A DNA stretch of 24,000 nt from Desulfobacteraceae bacterium (GTDB lineage: Bacteria; Desulfobacterota; DSM-4660; Desulfatiglandales; Desulfatiglandaceae), in NCBI GenBank assembly GCA_016844935.1, contig JAERTK010000101.1, forward strand, positions 1 through 24,000. The letters are read 5' to 3'. Positions 13,891 through 22,432 of the stretch are shown here, in pieces. Both the position numbers and the translations under genes were made by a program. The number at the start of each line of letters is the position of its first letter. Positions within the stretch are counted from its first letter, which is position 1. A model generated the notes under the pieces. It was given only the letters and a program-made list of their open reading frames with translations, searched no databases and was not told the origin of the DNA.

Positions 13891-16868
13891 GCAGTGGATT
13901 CAAGGTCAGGGACTGCCAGCAGTTCAATGAGCTCTTTCCGGGTGAAGCTTTTCATGAGGGCCGGATCGCTTTCCTCAATGACGCTGTCCATCAGGTTTCG
14001 TTTTTTCAAAATTAAGGCGGCGATTTTTTCCTCCAGGGTTCCTTCCGTTACCAACTTAAAGACCTGCACGCCCCTTTTCTGGCCGATCCGGTGCACGCGG
14101 TCCGTAGCCTGATCTTCTTTTGCAGCATTCCACCAGCGATCGTAGTGGATGACCACCGAGGCGGCCACCAGGTCAATGCCCACCCCTCCCGCCTTGAGGC
14201 TGCCCACGAACACGCGACATGCGGGATCCTGGTTGAACCGTTCAATGATTTCTTCCCGGTTTACGGTTTTCCCGGTGAGCGATACGAAATCAATTTCCTT
14301 TTTGGCGAGATAATTTTCCATGATGCTGATCATGCCCAGGAACTGGCTGTAAATCACCACCTTCTGTCCGCTCTGGAGACTTTCCTCAAGGAGTTCCCGG
14401 AATAAGTCCCATTTCCCGGATTCAAGCGCCTGATAATCGTCCATTTTGCCTTTCACCAGAGCCGGGTGGTTGCAGATCTGCTTTAACAGGTTGAGGAGGG
14501 CAAAGACGTGGATATAGGGGATGGATTTTTCCTCCTTATGGAGGTTTTCAACCAGGTCTTTCCCCTTCTCTCTAATGACGTCACGGTAGAGCTTCACCTG
14601 ATCTTCCGAAAGGGTGCACGTCCGAATGTCTTCGATTTTGGGAGGAAGATCTTTGAGGACGCTTTCTTTTTTGCGACGCAGGGCAAAGGGTGAAATTAGC
14701 TTTGAAAGCTGCGCCTTCCTTTCTTCGTCTTCACGGTCTTCAATGGGTTTCACATAGCGGTTTTTGAAATCCACATCCTTTCCCAGGTATCCGGGCAACG
14801 TCATGTCCATGAGGGCCTTCAGTTCCCCCAGGCGGTTTTCGATGGGCGTACCGGTGAGGCCCAGTTTCATGCGGGAACGGATCCTTTTGGCTGACTGGTA
14901 CAGTTGCGTCTGGGTGTTTTTCAGGTTCTGTATTTCATCAAAGACCGCCACTGAAAAATTCAATGTTTCCAATGCTTCCACATCGCGCCTGAGGATGCCG
15001 TAGGAGGTCAGAAGGAGGGGGTGGCCGCTTATGGCTTCCTCCAGGTCTCTTTGTTTTCCATGGTAGATGACGGGCTTTAGCGCTGGGGCGTAGGTGCGGA
15101 CAATGTTGTTCCAATGGCTCAAGACCGTTGTGGGACACACCACGAGAAAAGGTTCAGGGCTGGTTTCCTGTTCCATCAAACCCACCAGGAAGGCCATGAC
15201 CTCGTGGGTTTTTCCGAGGCCCATGTCGTCACAGAGGAGACCGCCTAAACCGTTTTCATATAAAAAATGGATCCATTCCGCCCCAAGTTCCTGATAATGG
15301 CGCAGGATGGAGCTCAGTCCCGCCGGATTACGAAAAGGGGTGGCCGGCTTGAGGGCGAGCATTTTTCTAAGCAAGCTGACCGGTTTGTCCCGGCCTTCAA
15401 TTTCCAGAGGTTCACGGTTCTGAGCCTGGAGGCGCAAAAGATTCAGGCGGGAGATTCGGACACTCCCTTCCGGGCCTGAATGATCTTCAGTCCGAATATC
15501 TTCCCCAAAATCCTCCAGTCCCTGAAATGCTTCTGAAGCGCAATCGATCCAGCCCTCTTCGCTGCCAATATAACGCTGTCCGGCCCTTCGGGTTTTCAGT
15601 ATTTCGGCCAGGGAAATCTTCTGGTTCCCGAAACCGTAATGGATGGACAGCCAATACCAGTTCCTGTCCAGGGCTTCGGGGTTTACTTCGATGCGATCAA
15701 ATTGCCTAAGGAGTTTCAGCCCGTTTACCGTGTCATCCACCACAAACGGGCCGTCCTTCAGATCGTCTTCATATTCCTCCAGAAAAACGGGTACCTGGGA
15801 TTTTTTGAGTACCATTTTTACCGGTGCCTTGAATTTTCTGGGGCTTCCCGACATTTCCAGCTGTGCCATGATCCCCATTTCCTTGATGTAAACCAGGGAT
15901 CCATAGGTGAATTTTTCAAGCGCTTTGTTTTCGAAAAAACTATCTTCTCCATTTTCCTGGATCAATTGGATCTGGGGCCTGATTTCCAGATCCAGTTCCG
16001 TGTTCCGGTCGATCTTGAAAATAGACTTCAACGGGATGGGGTGGATGGTCAGAGCATGCTGATTGGGAAGATGTTCCTGAAGGGTTGAAAGCAGGTTCTT
16101 CACTTTGTTTCTGGGAATGAACAGCCGGATCAGGGGTTCACCGTCGGGTGAGAGACAGGAGACCGTGAAAACGCCGGTTTTTTCAGAGATGGCCGGTTCA
16201 AAGGTGCAGTTGTTGTTTGGTGGGTTGAGGTCCTCAAATTCCCGATGGCAGTGATAGGCGCATTTGAACCAAAAATTTGCTTCAAGGACCTGTTTCCGGG
16301 TTTTGAACCCTTGATTGTTCATGTATTTTTCATTATCGGTCCGGGTTATGTCGGACAGGCGCGAAAGGGCCCAGGCTCGGTTGGGGACACTGTCATCAGT
16401 AGCGGTTGATGTGCAGCGTTCGACGAAACGCACCCGGTCGGCGCCATCGGAAAGGTAGTGAAGCAGGGTTTCACCATTTGAACCCGTGGCCTTGATGATA
16501 TGGTTATCTCCGCTTGTCTGGGTTCTAAAGCTCACCGCCTGTTGGGTTTCACCGGATGCCTCCCCCAGAATGGCGGCCAAATGATACCAGATGCTGGCGT
16601 GAAAACGATCTTCGAAAAACGTCTGACTGGACCCCTGGTTCATCGCTTTGAAATCCTGTATGAGGTGCTTAAGGTGCGGGCAGGTTCTGCTTTTGGACAG
16701 GGTGCAGGTGCAGAAACGCTGAGCGATCTGGAAATCATTTCCGGGGAGGTAAAACGCAACTCCGGGCCGTTTGTCTGAAGACTCGGGCATGAGTGCCATA
16801 CCCTGACGGAAGAATTCAATCTGATCAATGCGGGGACCCGTCGGTTTCGGAAGTGTTTTATTGTTCAT
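13887..16868 (-). CDS. SNF2-family DNA-dependent ATPase/helicase with an N-terminal SWIM zinc finger (RapA/YwqA-like)
   Basis: 993-aa ORF. The SWIM motif is CTCTLSKSRTCPH (CxC-x7-CxH, nt ~16674-16712). Helicase motifs are LCDDMGLGKT, VVCPTTV, AVFDEIQNLKN and LTGTPIENRL. The C-terminal helicase lobe shows VVIYSQF, LKAGGVGIDL and WWNAAKEDQATDRVHRIGQ. Confidence 0.9.
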   Translation of the reverse strand: MNNKTLPKPTGPRIDQIEFFRQGMALMPESSDKRPGVAFYLPGNDFQIAQRFCTCTLSKSRTCPHLKHLIQDFKAMNQGSSQTFFEDRFHASIWYHLAAILGEASGETQQAVSFRTQTSGDNHIIKATGSNGETLLHYLSDGADRVRFVERCTSTATDDSVPNRAWALSRLSDITRTDNEKYMNNQGFKTRKQVLEANFWFKCAYHCHREFEDLNPPNNNCTFEPAISEKTGVFTVSCLSPDGEPLIRLFIPRNKVKNLLSTLQEHLPNQHALTIHPIPLKSIFKIDRNTELDLEIRPQIQLIQENGEDSFFENKALEKFTYGSLVYIKEMGIMAQLEMSGSPRKFKAPVKMVLKKSQVPVFLEEYEDDLKDGPFVVDDTVNGLKLLRQFDRIEVNPEALDRNWYWLSIHYGFGNQKISLAEILKTRRAGQRYIGSEEGWIDCASEAFQGLEDFGEDIRTEDHSGPEGSVRISRLNLLRLQAQNREPLEIEGRDKPVSLLRKMLALKPATPFRNPAGLSSILRHYQELGAEWIHFLYENGLGGLLCDDMGLGKTHEVMAFLVGLMEQETSPEPFLVVCPTTVLSHWNNIVRTYAPALKPVIYHGKQRDLEEAISGHPLLLTSYGILRRDVEALETLNFSVAVFDEIQNLKNTQTQLYQSAKRIRSRMKLGLTGTPIENRLGELKALMDMTLPGYLGKDVDFKNRYVKPIEDREDEERKAQLSKLISPFALRRKKESVLKDLPPKIEDIRTCTLSEDQVKLYRDVIREKGKDLVENLHKEEKSIPYIHVFALLNLLKQICNHPALVKGKMDDYQALESGKWDLFRELLEESLQSGQKVVIYSQFLGMISIMENYLAKKEIDFVSLTGKTVNREEIIERFNQDPACRVFVGSLKAGGVGIDLVAASVVIHYDRWWNAAKEDQATDRVHRIGQKRGVQVFKLVTEGTLEEKIAALILKKRNLMDSVIEESDPALMKSFTRKELIELLAVPDLESTA

Positions 16869-16900
16869 CTGAAAGCCTCATGGGTTGGGGTGCGTGGTTT

Positions 16901-18535
16901 TCAAGGTACGAGCGTGATGCGATGGTTGATCTTCGGTACAAGATTTCCTCCCAAATGGTTGATATAGGCGGTCAGTGCGTCTCTAAGGTAAATGGATGAA
17001 TTAAATTGGTCGATGGCTTCAAGGAACACACGGTATCCATCTCCCCCGCTCGCCAGATATGAGTTCGTTACAATCCCGTATGATCTTTTATGATCCACGG
17101 GGCTCCCGTTGATAAGAATATCCCTGCAGGTTTTTTTCTCCGGATCCATTGTGAAACGGATGCCGCCCGAGACCTGCGGAAATGCGCCTTCCCCTGGCTG
17201 AACAGTCCCGATGTAGTCAAAAAGGGTTTGAACCTTTGTGCCCGTCAGGTTCAGAAAGACCACGGAACTGTCAAAAGGAAGGATGTTGTGGACGGATTTC
17301 CGGGACAGTGGCCCCTGTGGGATGCCGGCCCGGATGGCACCGCTGTTGGTCAATGCGAAATCCGGGTTAAAGCGCCTTAAATACCAGCGCATGGCGTCGG
17401 CAACCAGGTCGCCCAGGGCCGTTTCCCGGTATCTTACGTCACTGTTTCTGAAAGGCTTCCGGGCATGTCCGATTGTTTCAGCGAGGAATCGGTCCACCTT
17501 GTCTTCATAGGGCTGGAGCAGTGCCAGAAGCGTCGGGTCTTCTTCGATGGGGTTCCCGATGAAACGAAAGGTCTTTTCTCCTTTCTTGTTCCTGATGATC
17601 CGCTTGAGGTTTATGGGGATCAGTTCCATATTGAAATCAACGATCCTTTTGTTTCGGATCCACAGATCGATCTTCCCCAGGACGAGGCCCCAGTGCCACG
17701 CTTGAACGATCAGGGTCTGACGGGTGGAATCCGGGTTATCAATAATGAGAGGGGCCTCCAGTTTTGTATCTGTATTCCCGTCGACGATGAGATCGATTCC
17801 CCCCACCTGGGTTGCCAGCCGTTTGGAACCCCGATTCGAGTCTTCATAAACCCCCAGATGGGTGAGGGCGATGATCAGGTCTGCGCGTCTTCTCAGGTAG
17901 GGGACCAGTTTTTTCGCCACTTCCACTTCATCTTCAAAAATCAGGTCTTTAATGTAATCGGGATTCCCCGTGACCCGCGTCTCTGTTGTGGTAATCCCGA
18001 AAATGGCGACCTTGAAACCGCTGAATTGTTTAAAAATATAGGGGATCGCAAGGGGGTCGCCGTTGGAGGTTTTCACGTTGGCGGACAGGAAGGGAAAGAC
18101 AGCCAGATCCATCTGTTCCCTGAGGATAGGGATGGGATTATCAAATTCATGATTTCCAAGAACCATCGCGTCATAACCCATGTAGTTGTAGCCTAAGATA
18201 TCCGGTTTTGCTTTGAAAAAATTGGATGAAGCCTGCCCGGTGTTAAGGTCTCCAGCATCCAGAAGCAGCACGTTATTATTTTCACGTCTGATTTGGTTTA
18301 CGAGTGTTGCCCGGGCAGGAAGGCCGCCAACGTCCGGCACTGAGAAATTTGAAAACTTGACCGGATGTCCGTGAACGTCGTTGGTATACAGGACAGTGAG
18401 GCGATGAAGATGTGATTTCTTTGATGCATCAGGCTCTTGCGGGGCGCCGTGGGCATATGAAAAGGTGAGGAGTATGGCCAGTAGAAACCCAACGGATATT
18501 GCGATTCTTGGGTTTCTCATGGGGGTAGACATCAT
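16901..18535 (-). CDS. Secreted bifunctional metallophosphatase / 5'-nucleotidase (UshA family)
   Basis: Signal peptide MRNPRIAISVGFLLAILLTFSYAHGAP. Metallophosphatase motifs are LYTNDVHGH, DAGDLNTG, VLGNHEFD and ALTHLG. The C-terminal 5'-nucleotidase substrate-binding domain shows GDLVADAMR, TNSGAIRAGI and YLASGGDGY. Confidence 0.9.
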   Translation of the reverse strand: MMSTPMRNPRIAISVGFLLAILLTFSYAHGAPQEPDASKKSHLHRLTVLYTNDVHGHPVKFSNFSVPDVGGLPARATLVNQIRRENNNVLLLDAGDLNTGQASSNFFKAKPDILGYNYMGYDAMVLGNHEFDNPIPILREQMDLAVFPFLSANVKTSNGDPLAIPYIFKQFSGFKVAIFGITTTETRVTGNPDYIKDLIFEDEVEVAKKLVPYLRRRADLIIALTHLGVYEDSNRGSKRLATQVGGIDLIVDGNTDTKLEAPLIIDNPDSTRQTLIVQAWHWGLVLGKIDLWIRNKRIVDFNMELIPINLKRIIRNKKGEKTFRFIGNPIEEDPTLLALLQPYEDKVDRFLAETIGHARKPFRNSDVRYRETALGDLVADAMRWYLRRFNPDFALTNSGAIRAGIPQGPLSRKSVHNILPFDSSVVFLNLTGTKVQTLFDYIGTVQPGEGAFPQVSGGIRFTMDPEKKTCRDILINGSPVDHKRSYGIVTNSYLASGGDGYRVFLEAIDQFNSSIYLRDALTAYINHLGGNLVPKINHRITLVP

Positions 18536-18558
18536 TTTTTTCGGGGCCTTTGTTAGGG

Positions 18559-18587
18559 TTGCAATGGGATATCGCCAATGCTATAAT
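18559..18587 (+). promoter_or_regulatory. Candidate sigma70 promoter for the dikinase-like gene
   Basis: TTGCAA (18559-18564), then 17 nt, then TATAAT (18582-18587), about 65 nt upstream of ATG 18652. A GGGTGA SD lies just before the ATG. Confidence 0.45.
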
Positions 18588-18651
18588 CCCTGATGCTCAT
18601 TTTCAGATTCATTTTTTGACAAAGTGTATATCTTTTTTAAAAGGGTGATCA

Positions 18652-21600
18652 ATGAAAAAATTATGGTGGGTGCTGGTGCCGTTGTGTGCGTTGTTTTTTT
18701 GCGATCCTGGATGGGCCGAACTTTCTTCAAAAGATAAAAACGCATTGAAGAAGGCCTATAAAACCATCTCGGCCAAACGAAAGGGACCGTTTGCCATGAA
18801 TACCTGCACCTGTACCAATGGAAAACTGGCGCAGGTAGCGGATAAAAACATGCGTGTCCGTCCCAATCCGTGCCGGGAACTGCAAAAATCCGGGCAACTT
18901 TTCTGTTCCGCCTACCGAAACAAGTTCGGTGAAACGCTTGCCCGAAACGGCGTCTATGTGGGGAATATTTTTTCAAACGAGGTGTTTTTATGGGATAAGA
19001 ACCCGGATCATCATCGCCTGGTGAAAGGGTTCATCCTGGAAAAATATTACATGGAAACCCATCCGGATTCCAAATTGACCATGGCCCGCGCATACGGGGG
19101 GATCTCCGGCACTGAGTTTGAGGTTAAATATGCGCCCCTGTTTTTTGCTAAATTTTATGCCCTTTCGGACTGGAATGATTTTCATGATTACCTGCTGCAA
19201 TATGAAATGCAGAGGCGTTTCTTCTGCAAAAGCGACTTGAACCAGGTCGCCGACATCAGGAACCTGTCCCTGGTTATTTACCGCAGCTACAAACCCTTTA
19301 AACCGGTAAAAGATCTGGTCCACAACCGCCTGTCGCCAGGCTTGATTCCGCTCATTGAATCTTTTCAGAAAAAACATCCCCAGGATCGGAAAAACGCTAA
19401 AAATTACGCACGCTTGATTCAATTGATCCGAAGCCTGACTTACGTGGACCAAAGCCAGTTAAAAGGATACCTGCCGGACATATGGGACAAAGGCATTCAA
19501 GACCTGATCAAGAATATATTGAATATTCCCAAGAATGCACCCCTGAGACTGCTCCATAGTCTGGCGGACCTGGTGGTGGTATCTCGGGAGACGGTGGCAA
19601 CAAAAGAGATAAAGCCGGAAGAAGCCGTCACTTTGATTAACCTCAATGTATCCGCCAACCTGCTCCTCTTCATGACGGCCAACCGGCTTATGGCACTGGA
19701 TCGGGATTGGACGGCCAGGGAACTCATAGATATGCTGAAGGATATGCTGGCCGGCAGTTATGGCGCCGGACTCATGAGTCACCGGGAATATGAGTCGGGT
19801 ATTTCAGCTTTGAACAAACTGCTCAACAAAAAAGATTTGACATTAGGGGATGCAAATCGCACCCTCAATCGCGCCAATCTGGCCGTAGAATGGGCTCAGG
19901 CTTCCATCCGGACGGCATTTTCAGACGTGTGGGAGCCCTGGGTGTATCTTTTTCCGGATGTTCAGTGGATTAATGACGACATCATTCGATCCTCCCCTCT
20001 CATGAGCTATGCCACCATCCTCAAATCCCTGCGAGGCCATTTGTTAACCCAACTGGGCCTTGAGCATCACATTCTGGGGAAGACCGTTATTGAAGGGGTC
20101 AGGGCGTTGAATCCCGGACTGGCTCTGGGGCCACTGGCTTTTTTTAATGATCATCGCTACACCCGTGACAATATTCTGGCCCTTGAGACCACCAACGCGG
20201 AGCTTGAACCCGTGGCGGGGATCATCACCAAGGATGAGGGGAACGTGGTATCACATGTGCAATTGCTGGCCCGTGCCCTTGGTGTTCCCAATGCGGTGTT
20301 TCTGGATGCGTTGTACAGGCAATTGTCCCCGGTTAAGGGAAAGTCCCTTTTCTATGCCGTTACGCCGGTGGGCCGGATCATTTTAAAGGAAGCCGGCAAG
20401 ATGGATCAGGTAGACAAGTTGATCCTGGCGGAATATGAAAAAAACGTTAAACGGACAAATGATGCGGATATCAAAGGTCAGTCCAGCAAACTGGCCATAG
20501 ATGCCGAAAGACTGAATCTCAAGGAAACCAAGGTTCTGGGTCTGGATGATCTCAGGCGAAAAGATTCGGGTGTTGTGTGCGGGCCCAAGGCCGCCTTCCT
20601 GGGAGAATTGAAATACCATTTTCCACAAAATGTGGCCCGAGGGGTGGTAATTCCATTCGGCATCTATAACGCCCATTTTCAAAAAGCCAGAGTGGTTCTT
20701 CCCAAGAAGCTTAAGGGTAAAGGGATTGCCAAGGCCGGCGAGCATCTGGCGGGATTTGTGCGGCGTACTTATGATACCTTCTTCAATCAACTGCTCAAGG
20801 ATCCTAAAATGTCCTCCGATCAGTTGGCCCAATGGATCGGGCCCAGGTTGGATGTTATTCGGTACTCCATTGGGAAAATTTCCCTGGACCCGTCCTTTGT
20901 AAACGATCTTCGAGAAGCCCTTGCGGCTGAGGGCCTTTTTGCAGGACCTGAAAAGGAACGGTTGCGCGGTGTTTTTGTACGTTCCGACACCAATGTGGAA
21001 GATATGCCCAATTTTAACGGGGCAGGCCTCAATTTGACCATTTTCAATCTCATGGCTTTTCAAGACGTACTGAAAGGCGTCAAGAGGGTGTGGGCCTCTC
21101 CCTTTACCTATCGGTCATTTTCTTGGCGGCAGACGGTTATCAGTGATCCGAACCTGGTGTTTCCGTCCATTGTTGTGCTGGAATCGGTGCCGTCCGAGAA
21201 ATCCGGTGTATTGATTACGGCGGATGTGGACACCGGGGATGCCACCAGAATGACCATTGCCACGGCGGAAGGGGTAGGGGGCACCGTGGACGGGTCGCCC
21301 GCTGAGACCCTGCTGTACAGTCCTAGTGAGACCGTATTATTAAACCAGTTCAAGTCGACCACCCGCCGGATGCTCATCCTCGAAGGGAAGGGCGGGAGTC
21401 AGATGGTGCCCGCCACCGGCGCGGAGCGGGTGTTGACGGAAAAGGAGCTCAGCGCTCTGGTGGCATCCGCTGAGAAGATCAAAAGGGAGTTCACCCCTGA
21501 AAAAGGCACCGGCGGCGACCTGTTGCCCTGGGATATTGAATATGGTTTCAGGGGCGGCAAACTCTATCTTTTTCAAACCCGGCCTTTTGTGGGGAACAGC

Positions 21601-21702
21601 GATCTAAGGAACCTGCCGGCCCTTGCGGCTCTCGACAAAGGCGTTAGAGAAAAAGAGGGCCAACCCTTTTCCCTTGACGAAAAAGTCAAATGGCAGCCGT
21701 GA
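18652..21702 (+). CDS. Signal-peptide-bearing PEP-utilising/dikinase-family protein. It has an unknown ~450-aa N-terminal domain, then a phosphohistidine swivel domain, then a C-terminal PPDK_N-type ATP-grasp domain.
   Basis: 1016-aa ORF. The N-terminus MKKLWWVLVPLCALFFCDPGWA-EL is signal-like, followed by 4 Cys (TCTC...PC...FC). The swivel-domain motif is GIITKDEGNVVSHVQLLARALGVPNAV (His codon at 20254-20256). The ATP-grasp blocks are CGPKAAFLGEL, VFVRSDTNVEDMPNFNGAGLNLT, VWASPFTYRSFSWR, VVLESVPSEKSGVLITAD, ATAEGVGGTVDG and PWDIEYGFRGGKLYLFQTRP. No C-terminal PEP/pyruvate TIM-barrel domain is present. Confidence 0.75.
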   Translation: MKKLWWVLVPLCALFFCDPGWAELSSKDKNALKKAYKTISAKRKGPFAMNTCTCTNGKLAQVADKNMRVRPNPCRELQKSGQLFCSAYRNKFGETLARNGVYVGNIFSNEVFLWDKNPDHHRLVKGFILEKYYMETHPDSKLTMARAYGGISGTEFEVKYAPLFFAKFYALSDWNDFHDYLLQYEMQRRFFCKSDLNQVADIRNLSLVIYRSYKPFKPVKDLVHNRLSPGLIPLIESFQKKHPQDRKNAKNYARLIQLIRSLTYVDQSQLKGYLPDIWDKGIQDLIKNILNIPKNAPLRLLHSLADLVVVSRETVATKEIKPEEAVTLINLNVSANLLLFMTANRLMALDRDWTARELIDMLKDMLAGSYGAGLMSHREYESGISALNKLLNKKDLTLGDANRTLNRANLAVEWAQASIRTAFSDVWEPWVYLFPDVQWINDDIIRSSPLMSYATILKSLRGHLLTQLGLEHHILGKTVIEGVRALNPGLALGPLAFFNDHRYTRDNILALETTNAELEPVAGIITKDEGNVVSHVQLLARALGVPNAVFLDALYRQLSPVKGKSLFYAVTPVGRIILKEAGKMDQVDKLILAEYEKNVKRTNDADIKGQSSKLAIDAERLNLKETKVLGLDDLRRKDSGVVCGPKAAFLGELKYHFPQNVARGVVIPFGIYNAHFQKARVVLPKKLKGKGIAKAGEHLAGFVRRTYDTFFNQLLKDPKMSSDQLAQWIGPRLDVIRYSIGKISLDPSFVNDLREALAAEGLFAGPEKERLRGVFVRSDTNVEDMPNFNGAGLNLTIFNLMAFQDVLKGVKRVWASPFTYRSFSWRQTVISDPNLVFPSIVVLESVPSEKSGVLITADVDTGDATRMTIATAEGVGGTVDGSPAETLLYSPSETVLLNQFKSTTRRMLILEGKGGSQMVPATGAERVLTEKELSALVASAEKIKREFTPEKGTGGDLLPWDIEYGFRGGKLYLFQTRPFVGNSDLRNLPALAALDKGVREKEGQPFSLDEKVKWQP

Positions 21703-21841
21703 TTTATTTCGTGACCGGTCACAGAGGGCAGAGGACAGGTATCTGCCCCTCGTTCCCACCCTCCGCAATGGAGCGAGAAAAAATCGGTGGTGTTATGTTA
21801 TTTTATGGTCGATGGGACGGGAAGACAGAGTCAGAGCGGAT

Positions 21842-22135
21842 ATGAAGTTTGAATGGGATCCAAATAAAGAGAAAGTAAATATGCGGGAACATGGGATAAC
21901 ATTTGAACAGGCTTCATATGTGTTCACAGACCCGTTTGCGTTGAACAAATACGATGACGAACACTCGGAAAACGAAGACAGATGGATACTGCTGGGAAAA
22001 TCATTAAGTGAGACTGTTCTTGTTGTTGCGCATACTTTCAGAGATGATGACGGCACAGAGTTTGCGAGAATTATCAGTGCCAGAAGAGCAACAAAAAGAG
22101 AAAAACAGACATATCATAAAAGGTGTCCGAAATGA
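21842..22135 (+). CDS. brnT: BrnT-family (DUF497) type II toxin
   Basis: MKFEWDPNKEKVNMREHGITFEQASYVFTDPFAL...DEHSENEDRWILLGKS...VLVVAHTFRD...RIISARRATKREKQTY is the typical BrnT pattern. The ORF-track start at 21623 is trimmed to ATG 21842. Confidence 0.85.
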   Translation: MKFEWDPNKEKVNMREHGITFEQASYVFTDPFALNKYDDEHSENEDRWILLGKSLSETVLVVAHTFRDDDGTEFARIISARRATKREKQTYHKRCPK

Positions 22136-22353
22136 AAACAGAATATGATTTCACAAATGCGGAGCAGGGCAAATTCTACAGACCGATTGAGGAATTGGAT
22201 ATTCCGATCTATCTGGATAAAGAAGTTAGAAAATTTTTCTTTGAGAATATCCGAGATAAAGACAGGAGTTTTTCTTTAAATGAGATTATCAATTCGCTAA
22301 TCAAGAAAGATATAGAAATTTCCAGAAAGCTGTTGCCTGAACAAACGGCATAA
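22132..22353 (+). CDS. brnA: BrnA-like antitoxin (ribbon-helix-helix C-terminus)
   Basis: ATG 22132 overlaps the brnT TGA as ATGA (22132-22135). MKTEYDFTNAEQGKFY is a typical BrnA-type N-terminus. IPIYLDKEVRKFFFENI...SLNEIINSLIKKDIE has an RHH-like pattern. A GTG at 22123 is an alternative start. Confidence 0.7.
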   Translation: MKTEYDFTNAEQGKFYRPIEELDIPIYLDKEVRKFFFENIRDKDRSFSLNEIINSLIKKDIEISRKLLPEQTA

Positions 22354-22380
22354 CCCGACGCTCCACCCATCTTTCCCCTG

Positions 22381-22421
22381 ACCATCCCGCCATTTTTCTC
22401 CATGGCGGGATGGTTATTTTT
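22381..22421 (+). terminator. Rho-independent terminator after brnA
   Basis: A perfect 13-bp stem, ACCATCCCGCCAT (22381-22393) with ATGGCGGGATGGT (22402-22414). The loop is 8 nt and is followed by TATTTTT (22415-22421). Confidence 0.75.
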
Positions 22422-22432
22422 GAGGATAGAAA

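Noticed and set aside
13887-16868. SNF2 helicase as a component of a phage-defence system (DISARM, Zorya or BREX-like)
   Set aside because: None of the required partner genes (methyltransferase, phospholipase D-like, ZorABC, PglX and so on) are nearby. Its neighbours are hgcB and a nucleotidase.
17465-18196. 243-aa plus-strand ORF inside the 5'-nucleotidase gene, and similar long antisense ORFs at 5046..5729 and 20383..21063
   Set aside because: Each is fully nested antisense to an ORF with strong family motifs. There is no SD or family signal, so these are treated as shadow ORFs.
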